A DNA stretch of 63,839 nt, counting the filler. It is 4 parts of 4 records of this genome, joined end to end, with 100 filler letters (N's around TTAATTAATTAA, not from the genome) between each part and the next. Parts side by side here need not be neighbours in the genome. Positions count along the whole stretch, not along the records: positions 1 to 27,884 come from SRR20825019_2845; 3 more parts are not named here. One strand, given 5' to 3'. Made by a program: the position numbers and the translations under genes. The first letter of the stretch is position 1; each line of letters starts with the position of its first letter. The notes under the pieces were generated by a model that did not search any database, was not told where the DNA came from, and saw only the letters and a program-made list of their open reading frames with translations. Positions 1 to 9,820 of this stretch are shown here, one piece after another.

Positions 1-3
1 CAA

Positions 4-29
4 GGCGGGGAGCGGAATCCCCGCCCTAC
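4..29 (-). repeat. GTAG-type REP-like palindrome
   Basis: Minus strand reads GTAG-GGCGGGGA-TTCCGC-TCCCCGCC: a GTAG tetranucleotide followed by a perfect 8-bp GC stem, at the window start. Confidence 0.7.
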
Positions 30-72
30 AAATCAGTCCCACTAATTTCCCTAACCCCCAACCCAAAAACCC

Positions 73-1302
73 ATGACATCCCCTACCCCAGAAGTTAACG
101 CCACGCGTTTGTTTCAGGCGAGTTGCCTCGCCCTGATTGTTACCGCGATGACCTTTGCGATCCGCGCCGGCATTCTCGGCGAACTAAGCGCAAGTTTCGC
201 CCTCTCCGACACCCAACTCGGCTGGATCAACTCGATGGCCTTTCTCGGTTTCCCTGTCGCGACGATGGTGGGAGGCCTGCTCTATAATTATCTCGGTGCG
301 AAGAAACTGATGCACATCGCCTTCTTCGGCCATGTGATCGGATTGCTGCTGACGATCTGGTCCGGCGGATTCTGGGGTCTGATTATTTCTTCATTCTGCA
401 TCGGTTTCGCCAACGGCTCGGTCGAAGCGGCCTGCAATCCGCTCATCGCCGACATGTATCCCAAAAACCAAACCACGATGCTCAACCGCTTCCACGTGTG
501 GTTCCCCGGCGGCATCGTGATCGGCGCGCTCGTCTCGCAGTTCATGACCGGCGCCAATCTTGGTTGGCAGTCGCAAATCGCGATCATGCTCATCCCCACC
601 GCCCTCTACGGTTGGATGGTCTTCACCCAAACGTTCCCTAAATCGGAGAATATCGAAACCTCCACTTCGACCAACATTCGCAGCCTCTTCTCGCCGCTCT
701 ACATTTTCATGCTGCTCTGCATGACACTTACCGCGACCTCCGAACTCGGCACCCAGCAATGGGTGGGCCGGATCCTCAGCAACACCGGCGCTTCGCCGAT
801 GATCATCCTCGCACTCGGCACCGGTCTGATGGCCGTGGGTCGCCAATTCGCCGGCCCGATCGTGCATCGTCTGCATGCCGTCGGCGTGCTCCTGTTCTCC
901 GCCATCGTCACAGCCCTCGGTCTCTATATGCTGAGCGTGGCCACCGGCGGAATGGTTTACGTCGCCACGATCGTCTTCGCCCTCGGCGTCTGTTATTTCT
1001 GGCCGACCATGATTGGGTTCACCGGTGAATATCTGCCAAAGACCGGTGCCCTCGGCATGTCGCTGATGGGTGGTATGGGGATGTTCGCCGTTTCCATCTG
1101 GAATCCGATCATCGGCAACTGGATCGATTCCGCCCGCTCCGAAGCGATCACGAATGGTCTGGCCGGTGAGGCCGTCGAGCTCGCGGCCGGACAGTCCACC
1201 CTCGCCCACATGACGATGTTTCCCGTCATCCTGATCGTCGCCTTCGGTCTCCTCTTCGCACTTCGCGGTCGCTTGAAAAAAGGCGCCCACACGCAGGAAT
1301 AG
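73..1302 (+). CDS. MFS transporter (probable sugar permease)
   Basis: 409 aa with about 12 hydrophobic segments and MFS-like motifs (GGLLYNYLGAKK, GSVEAACNPLIADMYP). Confidence 0.85.
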   Translation: MTSPTPEVNATRLFQASCLALIVTAMTFAIRAGILGELSASFALSDTQLGWINSMAFLGFPVATMVGGLLYNYLGAKKLMHIAFFGHVIGLLLTIWSGGFWGLIISSFCIGFANGSVEAACNPLIADMYPKNQTTMLNRFHVWFPGGIVIGALVSQFMTGANLGWQSQIAIMLIPTALYGWMVFTQTFPKSENIETSTSTNIRSLFSPLYIFMLLCMTLTATSELGTQQWVGRILSNTGASPMIILALGTGLMAVGRQFAGPIVHRLHAVGVLLFSAIVTALGLYMLSVATGGMVYVATIVFALGVCYFWPTMIGFTGEYLPKTGALGMSLMGGMGMFAVSIWNPIIGNWIDSARSEAITNGLAGEAVELAAGQSTLAHMTMFPVILIVAFGLLFALRGRLKKGAHTQE

Positions 1303-1309
1303 TCCATCA

Positions 1310-2179
1310 ATGACCGACGATGAAAAAGCCGATGCCGTGATGCGGCGCACAGAAGTCTGGCCCGATAACTTCCACTTACCTGATGGGGTTGAAACCCAAG
1401 CATACCGTGAAACCACGACCGACGGAACACTTCTCGATCTCGCGTGGTTTTCACGCAAAAACACCACAGAGATTAGGCCAGCCATGGTTTTTGTGCACGG
1501 CGGATCTTGGAAATTCGGTGATAAGCTCCAGTTCTTCCGCCAAGCCGCCTGGCTCGCCGAGAAATATAATATCTTCGGTGTCTGTATCGAATACCGGCTG
1601 AGCCATGTCGCTCCATACCCGGCGGCATTGCACGACTGCAAATGCGCGGTTCGGTGGACGCGAGCCATGGCCGATAACTTTCAGATCGATCCCCGGCGAA
1701 TCGGGGTTTGCGGAGGGTCCGCCGGAGCTCATCTCGCCGCACTGGTCGCCACGACCAACGGAATCGAATCCCTTGAAGGGAACGGTCCATATCAAGATCA
1801 TACCAGCGATGTTTCCCTCGCCGTCCTTTTCAACGGACATTTCGATATGAGTGACCAGCTTAAGGATCACATTCAGGATGAGGACATGAATCGATTCTTC
1901 GGCGGTCATCCTTGGGAGATACCCGGCATTTATGGTGAGGCCTCACCATTTCTGCGCGTCAACGAACAATCGCCCCCAATGCTCCTGCTCCATGGCGATC
2001 AGGATCATTATCCTCATCGTCAATCCGTTGCCATGGCTGAACGCCTCCAGCACTTCGGGGTCGATGCCGAGGTGGAGATCTACGAAGGAAAAGAACACGC
2101 CTGGTTCAACAAAGGGGAGGACAACAAAATCACCACCGTCAGAATGGGAAAGTTCCTCGCGAAGCATTTCCATCTCTGA
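1310..2179 (+). CDS. Alpha/beta-hydrolase (carbohydrate esterase/acetyl esterase-like)
   Basis: HGGSW oxyanion motif, GGSAGAHL nucleophile elbow, LLLHGDQD and a C-terminal His (EHAW). Confidence 0.85.
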   Translation: MTDDEKADAVMRRTEVWPDNFHLPDGVETQAYRETTTDGTLLDLAWFSRKNTTEIRPAMVFVHGGSWKFGDKLQFFRQAAWLAEKYNIFGVCIEYRLSHVAPYPAALHDCKCAVRWTRAMADNFQIDPRRIGVCGGSAGAHLAALVATTNGIESLEGNGPYQDHTSDVSLAVLFNGHFDMSDQLKDHIQDEDMNRFFGGHPWEIPGIYGEASPFLRVNEQSPPMLLLHGDQDHYPHRQSVAMAERLQHFGVDAEVEIYEGKEHAWFNKGEDNKITTVRMGKFLAKHFHL

Positions 2180-2233
2180 ACCGTCAACCTAAAGCCCGCA
2201 GAAAATCGCCGCTGAAAATCCCAATCAGATTTC

Positions 2234-4648
2234 ATGAAAGAATCCCGCCATCCTCATCCGCATACTGATCCCCGGCAGCCCCGCCACGAAAGCACCCCGG
2301 GCACGAACCCGCCGGTCTTTGCCTGGAAACCACCCGCCGGGAATGCGGATATCCTGATCCCGGGCAGTCAGCCCCCCGCCTACCTAAAAGGTGCCGAGCT
2401 GACCGGCGACTATACGCTGCTCGTCGCTCGAGATGCGGACTTCACCGACCGGGTCATCGAAGTCTCCGACCTCCATGATTCGGTTTTCCTCCCGGAGCAG
2501 GCATTGCCATCCGGTTCGTATTGGTGGAAATGGATGGTCGGCGAAGCCGTCTCGGAAATCTTCACCTTTACGATCAGCGAAACTGCCGTCTCGCTGGCGG
2601 TCCCGGGCGTCGAAGCCTGGTTGCAACGGTTCCCTTCATCGCATCCGCGGATGCTGATTCTCGCCGACGAAGTTACTGCATGGCGGCAGGCGTTGCCCAA
2701 GGACGAACCGGAAAAACTTAAACTCCTTATCGAAGACGCCGATGACGAGCTCGCCCAATCGCAGCACATGGACGAGCCGGAATTTCTCCCGGATCGTAAA
2801 GTGGATTTCGCCGCCTATCGAAAAATCCATTATCCAACGATGTGGAACTCACGCCGCTTCGTTAAAGGTGCCGAAAAGCTCGCCCTCGCCTGGCTCGCCA
2901 CCGGTGACCGGAGCTACGGGCGCGCTGCCTGCGAACGTATTCTCAGTCTGTGTAAATGGGATCCGGAAGGCTCCTCTTTCTTGGGGCACAACGACGAGGC
3001 TCACATGTCCGTCATCACACTGGGGCCAATCGCCTGTGATTGGGTTTGGGATCTGTTTACCGAGGAAGAACGCGCACGGGTGGTGAAACAATACCGTCAC
3101 CGCGGTATGCTCACCTTCACTCACATGCACGATCAGGGCTGCTACGGGATCACGCGTTTCGATTCCCACGCCGGGCGTGAGATCGTCTTTCTGGCGCAGC
3201 TCGCGCTGGTCTTCCATGAAGAGATCCCCGAGGCCCGCACGTGGCTGGAGTGGCTGCGACCAGTGCTCTGTGGCATTTGGCCAATCTGGGCCGGCGATGA
3301 TGGTGCCTGGGCGGAAGGCATTTCCTATAGTAATGCCTATGTAAACATCATGAGCCGGTTCGCTTCGATTCTGAAGAAAGGCACCGGCACCGACCTTTAC
3401 ACACGACCCTTCTGGAAGAACTACGTCAAATGGAAGAAGGCCGTCTTTCCGGCCTACGCGGAGTGGGCAGGCTTCGGCGATCATACCGAACGTTGGGAAG
3501 CTTCGATGACGAACCATGCCAACATAGCCGAATTGATTGCCCGCGAAACCCAGAGCCCGGAGTTACTCCCTCTGGTAGAGGAACTCCGTCAGGAAGCCCT
3601 CCTCTGCGAACCGACTCCACCCGAACGCGTGATGGGCAGGGTCAACCCCGACCTCTTGCTCGCACCAACCTTGGAACCGGTTTCCGAAACGATCACCTCA
3701 GATAAGGCGGCGCACTTGAGCACGGTTTTCCCCGATGCTGGCTGGGCGTCCCTCCGCACCGGAGTCGATCGCGGACATGACGATATCGCCTTTATCTTCC
3801 GCTCGTCACCCTTCGGTTCGATCAGCCATTCCCATGCCAATAACAACGACTTCATCCTCCACGTCGGCGGCAAGGCGATGGTTATGCCCAGCGGCTACTA
3901 CTGCGGTTATGACTCGCCCCATCACGTGCACTGGGTCTGGCACACCAAGGCCAACAACTGCATCACGCTCTCCGACGCCTCCCAACTGATCCGCTCCAAG
4001 GAATCCCGCGGCTATGTCGAAGCTCATTTCGAAAACGACGACCTCGCCTACTTTCAGGGCAACGCCGATCTCAGTTACCAATTACAGGCACAGCGCTGCC
4101 GTCGCCATGTGGTTTACCTGAAGGCCTCGGGAGCATTCCTGCTCGTGGACGAATTCATCGCCAAGCCCGACATCGTTACCTCCCTTCAATGGAACATCCA
4201 TTCGTGGAATCCCTTCGACGTCAGCGACGACGGCAAGGCCTTCACGCTCACCCGCGAGAAAAGCACGCTCACCGGCCATTTCCTCTTCCATCATCAATCG
4301 TTTATCACGCAGAGCGAAGGATGGGAACCGCCACTCTCGATGGGGCAACCGAATGAACAATGGCATAACCAATATCATCTTCGTTTCACGCCCAACACTA
4401 TGACCGCTCAACGCAATCTCGGCGTGGTGCTCTGCCCGGACTATCCCGGCCACCCCGCCGCCAATGTCTCCAGTCAGCGTGAAGGTGACGCCGAAGTGGC
4501 GACGATCGGTCCGGATTGGGTCGCGGTCAACCAAGCCGACACCATCGACATCGACGGACAAACCACTGACGCCATCGCGGTGGTAAAATCCGGCGGCAAC
4601 CGATACGAAATTACCGTCCAAGGCATCGCGGACAAAACCGGCTCATAA
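2234..4648 (+). CDS. DUF4962/heparinase II/III-like protein (putative oligosaccharide lyase)
   Basis: N-terminal TNPPVFAW, HPRML, WAEGISY, GFGD, and C-terminal FRSSPFGSISHSHANNNDF typical of heparinase II/III-like lyases; no obvious signal peptide. Confidence 0.75.
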   Translation: MKESRHPHPHTDPRQPRHESTPGTNPPVFAWKPPAGNADILIPGSQPPAYLKGAELTGDYTLLVARDADFTDRVIEVSDLHDSVFLPEQALPSGSYWWKWMVGEAVSEIFTFTISETAVSLAVPGVEAWLQRFPSSHPRMLILADEVTAWRQALPKDEPEKLKLLIEDADDELAQSQHMDEPEFLPDRKVDFAAYRKIHYPTMWNSRRFVKGAEKLALAWLATGDRSYGRAACERILSLCKWDPEGSSFLGHNDEAHMSVITLGPIACDWVWDLFTEEERARVVKQYRHRGMLTFTHMHDQGCYGITRFDSHAGREIVFLAQLALVFHEEIPEARTWLEWLRPVLCGIWPIWAGDDGAWAEGISYSNAYVNIMSRFASILKKGTGTDLYTRPFWKNYVKWKKAVFPAYAEWAGFGDHTERWEASMTNHANIAELIARETQSPELLPLVEELRQEALLCEPTPPERVMGRVNPDLLLAPTLEPVSETITSDKAAHLSTVFPDAGWASLRTGVDRGHDDIAFIFRSSPFGSISHSHANNNDFILHVGGKAMVMPSGYYCGYDSPHHVHWVWHTKANNCITLSDASQLIRSKESRGYVEAHFENDDLAYFQGNADLSYQLQAQRCRRHVVYLKASGAFLLVDEFIAKPDIVTSLQWNIHSWNPFDVSDDGKAFTLTREKSTLTGHFLFHHQSFITQSEGWEPPLSMGQPNEQWHNQYHLRFTPNTMTAQRNLGVVLCPDYPGHPAANVSSQREGDAEVATIGPDWVAVNQADTIDIDGQTTDAIAVVKSGGNRYEITVQGIADKTGS

Positions 4649-4651
4649 TCC

Positions 4652-6931
4652 ATGGCGGCTTCACCCGCGCTTCATTGGTCATTTAGTTACGGGCCACATC
4701 ATTCACCCAATTCCAATTTTCGCGCCGAGCTTTCGGAGCATTTGGATTCGTGGGTGCAGGGTGACACCGCCGTTCGCAACGATCGGTCCATGGAGCTGGG
4801 CTACCGCATCCTGCCGAATTTTTGGGACGGTTACGCTGCCGGAAGCGAATTACCGACGAACCAATCCCGGTTGGATTTGGCCTGCGGCAGTCTGCACATC
4901 AGACGCTCCAAGTCAGACGCCAATCAATACGCCTATGCTGTCAGCTATCAGCATGAGACTTCCGGCGAGGACACTCTCGCCCATTATCTCACCTCGACAG
5001 ATCCGATTCGAAACTTGGTAAAAGAGTGGTCGCTCCAAACGACCAACCAAGGACGCGATCTCTACCGCTCAATCCGCATCGACGGAAACATCGAAGAGTC
5101 CGCCATCATGCTATCCGTCAACGGCGGCCCGAGTTTTCAAAATGCTGATTTTCCAGCGGGTGAAACCGTCACTTGTAACTGGTCGCTGTTTGAGTGTTTC
5201 GCCGAACTGGCGCGTCACGCCCCCACCCGGCTGAACCTGTTGGAAAATTTGGAGAAACTCAAACGAGGTTGCCGGATCGCGTTTCTCGAAGAATACGAAC
5301 TCGCGCTGCCCGGCGGTCCCCTCCGCTTGCGCGGCTATGTCCTTCACGGCCCCGGCGCGCCCCCAAGCTACTGGTGGCTGCGCGAGGATGGCCAAGTGGC
5401 CATCATGTCGAACATCTTCAATACGTTTGTGCGCTCAGCACTCGTCGACGCGCGCACCGATACTGCGCCGCGCCAATCCATCTCCACGCCGACAGTTTCT
5501 CCGCATATCCGCTCAACTGATCGTCCCAACATTCTTTTCATCAATACTGATCAGCAAACTTGGGATGCCCTCGGGGCGCACGGCAATCCGCAGCTGCACA
5601 CCCCGAACATGGATCGTCTGGTCCGCCACGGCTGCAGTTTCATGCGCAACTATTCCACCGATCCGGTCTGCGCTCCTGCGCGTTCCTGCTGGGCGACCGG
5701 CCGTTATTCCTCTGAAACCGGCATACCGTTCAATGGAGGCACGCTGCACGATGACATCCCGGATCTCGGCCAGATTCTCAACGCGAACGGCTACCACGCC
5801 TGCCACGCGGGCAAGTGGCATGTGGATGGACGCGATGTCCGCGAATCGTTTCACACTCTCTATTACGGCAACCGCGACATCGGCGCCGGCGGCGGCGAAT
5901 ACTACGATCCCGCTAGCACGCACGCCGCTCTCGATTTCCTCTCATCCTATGAAGACCCCAAGCCCTTCTACCTTCAGATCGGCTATCTCAACCCCCACGA
6001 CATTTGCGAGTATGAGCACAGTCACGAATACCAGACCATTCCCGGACCGCTCCAACAGGGATTTCTAGCCGACGCCGATCTTCCTCCCCTGCCCGCCAAT
6101 CACGACTACGATCCGCGAGAAACCATCACCCAGCAAGTCATGCGGCGCGGCGAAGAACCGCTCATCCATCCGCGCATCGCGAAAGCCGTGAAAACATGGA
6201 GTCCCGATCAATGGCGCTATCTGCGCTGGCAGCTCGATCGTTACACCGAGCAGGTCGATCTGGAAATCGGCTTACTCCTCAACGCTCTCAAGGCCTCTCC
6301 CTTCGCCGACAACACCCTGATCATTTTCTCCGTCGATCACGGCGAAGCCGCCGGTTGCCACCGGATGTTCCAGAAATTCACCCTCTACGAAGAAAGCGTG
6401 CGCACGCCCCTCATCGTTTCCTCGTTCTCGGATCGATTCGGCATCTCACCCAATCATCGCGACACCGAGCATCTCATTTCCGGAGTCGATCTCCTCCCCA
6501 CCGTGCTGGATTATGCGGGGGTTGATTCGCCGCCCCAATCTCACGGACGCAGCCTCCGCCCTCTCATCGAAGGACACGCCGCCGACTGGCGCGACTCCGC
6601 TTATATCGAAAGCAACGTCTGGGGCCGGGCCCTCGTCACCCAGCGCTACAAATACATCACCGAATACCTGCCCGCCACCGGCGAAACCCAAGTCCCCGGT
6701 CCAGATCAATCCCGCCTGGGCCGCGAGGAATTGTATGATCTCAAAACCGATCCCGGCGAGACCCGCAATCTCGCCTACGATTCGGCCATGCAGGACACTC
6801 TGACCAGTTTCCGCGACCAACTTCTCGCACACGAATCAACCCTCCAACGCCGCCCGCTCAACAACCCGCAAGCCGAACAAACGATGCACACCTGGGCTGA
6901 ACGATTATACGATCACCGAAGCAAGCTCTAA
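4652..6931 (+). CDS. S1 (formylglycine) sulfatase fused to an unknown N-terminal domain
   Basis: From about aa 290: RPNILFINTDQQ, CAPAR (CxPxR), GKWH, DHG, LYEESVRTPLI, EELYDLKTDPGE. The first ~280 aa are not recognisable. Confidence 0.85.
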   Translation: MAASPALHWSFSYGPHHSPNSNFRAELSEHLDSWVQGDTAVRNDRSMELGYRILPNFWDGYAAGSELPTNQSRLDLACGSLHIRRSKSDANQYAYAVSYQHETSGEDTLAHYLTSTDPIRNLVKEWSLQTTNQGRDLYRSIRIDGNIEESAIMLSVNGGPSFQNADFPAGETVTCNWSLFECFAELARHAPTRLNLLENLEKLKRGCRIAFLEEYELALPGGPLRLRGYVLHGPGAPPSYWWLREDGQVAIMSNIFNTFVRSALVDARTDTAPRQSISTPTVSPHIRSTDRPNILFINTDQQTWDALGAHGNPQLHTPNMDRLVRHGCSFMRNYSTDPVCAPARSCWATGRYSSETGIPFNGGTLHDDIPDLGQILNANGYHACHAGKWHVDGRDVRESFHTLYYGNRDIGAGGGEYYDPASTHAALDFLSSYEDPKPFYLQIGYLNPHDICEYEHSHEYQTIPGPLQQGFLADADLPPLPANHDYDPRETITQQVMRRGEEPLIHPRIAKAVKTWSPDQWRYLRWQLDRYTEQVDLEIGLLLNALKASPFADNTLIIFSVDHGEAAGCHRMFQKFTLYEESVRTPLIVSSFSDRFGISPNHRDTEHLISGVDLLPTVLDYAGVDSPPQSHGRSLRPLIEGHAADWRDSAYIESNVWGRALVTQRYKYITEYLPATGETQVPGPDQSRLGREELYDLKTDPGETRNLAYDSAMQDTLTSFRDQLLAHESTLQRRPLNNPQAEQTMHTWAERLYDHRSKL

Positions 6932-7046
6932 GCCGCGGAGCCGTTTCCCTCCGCTAGGAAGTTTCCCCGCCACAGAAACTCTCCTCCTGCCGAAATTATA
7001 CCGGCTAAGCACCGTCCGTGTCCGGCCCCGAACACGACGGAACGGG

Positions 7047-8174
7047 TTATGTCAGCGGTGGAAAAGTCAGATCATGGAGAACATCACCGGCCAGATTATG
7101 CGTGCGCACGCGTAATTCGGTGCCGCTCGCGTTGCCCTCAATCCAAGTGGCCCGTTCCGGTTCACGGTCACCGCCGATGAGCTGACCATAGGGCCACTCA
7201 CTGGTAGGTGGCATCCAGGTCGGCACATGGTTGTGCCCGGAAATGATCACTTGGGTGCCCCATGCGACAAGTGAATCGTGCCATGCCTCGCGGCTGCGGC
7301 CACTGTGCCGATCATAACCCTCCTGATCATAATCTTGCGGCCCCTCATCGATCCAACGGAGCGGAATATGGCAGAACACCACGCGGTAAGGTGCGTCACG
7401 CATTTCGGGACGTTGAATCACTTCGGCCAGCCACGCGGCTTGCTCCGCGCGTAATTTCTCGAAGGCCACGCGACCGTGGAAGGTGGGATGCGCATCGGGT
7501 TTATCCTCACCCGTGTGTAAGCAAATGACGCCGACCGGACCGCTGCGGAACGCATAGAACGGTCGCCCCCCGGGTGTGGCCACGATACCGGGCATCCGAA
7601 ACGCATGCGGCCCACGCACATCGTGATTGCCCCATACCTGAAAAACCGGTCGCCCCTGAGAAATGTCGCATCCTCCGGGGTGAAGCAACGTTGGCACCAG
7701 CTCCGCTTCGTCTTTCCAATCGTTGCAGGTATCTCCATTCCAAACGAGAAAATCGGCCGCCGGCGTGGCGGCATGCAGCTGTTGGATTCCAGCAATATTT
7801 TGATGGGTATCATTCCACACCACAAAGTGCGTGGACAACGCTTCCGGATCGAGCGTGCGAAACGTTTTCCAGTCACTCGTAACCGTTTCCCCATCGTCGA
7901 TCGCCGTGGTGATGGAGCGCACCCGATACTCGCTCCCCGCCGCAAGGTCATCGAGGCGCACGCGAATCACCGCATCGTTCTGGGGCACAAAGCCATAAGC
8001 ATCGCAGCCAATCGTGCGACGGATTCCATCGGCTGTTTCCAGCTCTACCTGAGCCCGACTGGGACGACTCACGGCCCAAACCGCCTCAATACCATCGGTC
8101 CGCGGTGCCATCAGCACGAGCGGTGATCGAAGAAGATTCGGCTGAACCATCGGATTATTGAGCTGAGAATCCAT
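7047..8174 (-). CDS. Purple acid phosphatase-like metallophosphoesterase with FN3-like N-terminus
   Basis: WNDTH, WNGD, WGNHD and ISGHNH metallophosphoesterase motifs. Start placed at the ATG at 8174 (MDSQL); the ORF track extends it to 8237. Confidence 0.8.
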   Translation of the reverse strand: MDSQLNNPMVQPNLLRSPLVLMAPRTDGIEAVWAVSRPSRAQVELETADGIRRTIGCDAYGFVPQNDAVIRVRLDDLAAGSEYRVRSITTAIDDGETVTSDWKTFRTLDPEALSTHFVVWNDTHQNIAGIQQLHAATPAADFLVWNGDTCNDWKDEAELVPTLLHPGGCDISQGRPVFQVWGNHDVRGPHAFRMPGIVATPGGRPFYAFRSGPVGVICLHTGEDKPDAHPTFHGRVAFEKLRAEQAAWLAEVIQRPEMRDAPYRVVFCHIPLRWIDEGPQDYDQEGYDRHSGRSREAWHDSLVAWGTQVIISGHNHVPTWMPPTSEWPYGQLIGGDREPERATWIEGNASGTELRVRTHNLAGDVLHDLTFPPLT

Positions 8175-8383
8175 GAGAAATGATGAACGAGCGGCGACGC
8201 GGAAGGAGCAAAGCAAAAGGGCAGACAACCCATTCACCAGCGTCAGGATGGGGCAATCCCCATGAGGCGTTTCGCGATTTATATAGCAAAGCGATCTGTT
8301 CTCGGGGGCTGGGACGTGGCGATCATGAGCTGAGCCAATTCAGGAAACAGCCTGAGCCTTTAACACGACCTGCTGTCTGAAAT

Positions 8384-8590
8384 TCAAATGTCGTCCTCCT
8401 GCAACCCCGCGATCTTCATCTGCGCACGGAGCAGACCCACTTTCAGAGGACTGCTGCCATGCATCGGGATTACAATTCTTTCGCGGTGCCCCGCTTTCAG
8501 ATAGACGTGGTGACTTCCCTTGATCCGCTTGAGTTCCCAACCGCGCATTTCGATCGCCTTTGCCAGTTGCGATCCGGTGACCTGCTTCAC
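8384..8590 (-). CDS. hicA: HicA-family mRNA interferase toxin
   Basis: 68 aa from a GTG at 8590; GWELKRIKGSHHVY and IVIPMHG motifs; GTGA overlap with the upstream hicB stop. Confidence 0.9.
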   Translation of the reverse strand: MKQVTGSQLAKAIEMRGWELKRIKGSHHVYLKAGHRERIVIPMHGSSPLKVGLLRAQMKIAGLQEDDI

Positions 8591-8784
8591 AGCGCGACTT
8601 CCAATATCTGTTCTGTTTCGAATGAATCGGGCTCTCCCGCTTCCAGCCAAGCACTAATCGCCTCCTGAAGATTCGCCTTAAGCTCATCCATCGTCTCACC
8701 TTGGGAAACACAACCGGGCAGGGAAGGAACCTCGGCCCAATAGCCGCCTTCCGCTTCTGTGTGGACAATCGCCTTTAGGTTCAT
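8587..8784 (-). CDS. hicB: Short HicB-family antitoxin (no DNA-binding domain)
   Basis: 65 aa with GGYWAEVPSLPGCVSQGETMDELKANLQEAI, the HicB partial RNase H fold signature. Confidence 0.9.
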   Translation of the reverse strand: MNLKAIVHTEAEGGYWAEVPSLPGCVSQGETMDELKANLQEAISAWLEAGEPDSFETEQILEVAL

Positions 8785-8790
8785 GCTCCC

Positions 8791-8818
8791 AGACTAGGTG
8801 GAGAATAGAATAGGTCAA
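8791..8818 (-). promoter_or_regulatory. Putative sigma70 promoter for hicBA, possibly giving a leaderless mRNA
   Basis: Minus strand TTGACC-16 bp-TAGTCT, then 6 nt to the hicB ATG. Confidence 0.5.
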
Positions 8819-8963
8819 TTTCCCTGTGAAATTCTCACAATGCCAAATTTAAGTCGAAAAGCAGCCCGAAGAAGTGCCCCGAACATAGGCACGACCTTTA
8901 ATACTCAGTCAGCGCGACTGAACACAATCCGTCGTATTCGTCGCGAGACATCCTTCAATCCAC

Positions 8964-9800
8964 TCACCCCTTCACGCCGCCCAGCTGGATGCCGCTGATG
9001 AGGAATTTCTGCATGAACATGAAAAGGATAATCATCGGCAGGACGGACATCGTAACAGCGGCCATCAGCAGGTGGGTGGATTGCCCGACTTCGGAATCGA
9101 AGAAGAGCAGACCGACCGGCAGGGTGTATTTCTCCTGATCGCGCAACATGACCAGCGGCCAGAAGAAGCTCTGGTAGTTGCCGATGAACGTGAAGATAGT
9201 CAGCGCGATCAATCCGGGCCGGCTCAGCGGCAGGATCACATCGATATACACACGCCACTTGCTCGCGCCGTCCATCTCCGCGGCTTCATCAAATGAGGCC
9301 GGAATCGAAAGCATGAATTGGCGCAGGAGGAATGTGCCGAATGCCGTAAACGCCGAGGGCAAAATCAATCCGGTGAGGGTGTCGACCAGCCCAAGCTGAA
9401 TCATGATCTGGTAGTTGGTGATCACTACCACGAGGCCGGGCAGCATCAGCGTGGAGAGATAGAGCAGGAAGACCTTGTCGCGGCCAGGCCACTGCAGACG
9501 CGAAAAGGAAAACGCCGCCAGCGAACTGGTGATGACCTGTAGAAACGTCACCCATGCGGCGACGAACAGACTGTTCCAATAGAATCGGGCGAAGGGGATT
9601 GTTGAAAAGACTTCGCGGTAATTTTCCCAACGAAAGACGCTGGGAACCCAATCTTCGGAGGCGACTTCGGAAAGAGGTTTCAGCCCTGTGAGCACCATCC
9701 ACACGAAGGGCAGGATCATAATCAGACCCAACGTGGCGAGGAGCACGTGATAGCGCATGCCGCTTTTGCGCGTGGCGGATAAGGTGGGATTAGCGGACAT
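8964..9800 (-). CDS. Carbohydrate ABC transporter permease (MalG-like)
   Basis: EAA loop (SFDEAAEMDGAS), FLLRQFM, and C-terminal FMQKFLISGI. Confidence 0.92.
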   Translation of the reverse strand: MSANPTLSATRKSGMRYHVLLATLGLIMILPFVWMVLTGLKPLSEVASEDWVPSVFRWENYREVFSTIPFARFYWNSLFVAAWVTFLQVITSSLAAFSFSRLQWPGRDKVFLLYLSTLMLPGLVVVITNYQIMIQLGLVDTLTGLILPSAFTAFGTFLLRQFMLSIPASFDEAAEMDGASKWRVYIDVILPLSRPGLIALTIFTFIGNYQSFFWPLVMLRDQEKYTLPVGLLFFDSEVGQSTHLLMAAVTMSVLPMIILFMFMQKFLISGIQLGGVKG

Positions 9801-9820
9801 GATTAGAGTCTCCCTGTTGC

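Noticed and set aside
391-1668. 425-aa minus-strand ORF, and similar antisense ORFs such as 15909-16880, 27002-27805 and 43629-44699
   Set aside because: They overlap genes with clear family motifs on the opposite strand and are typical of GC-biased codon usage.
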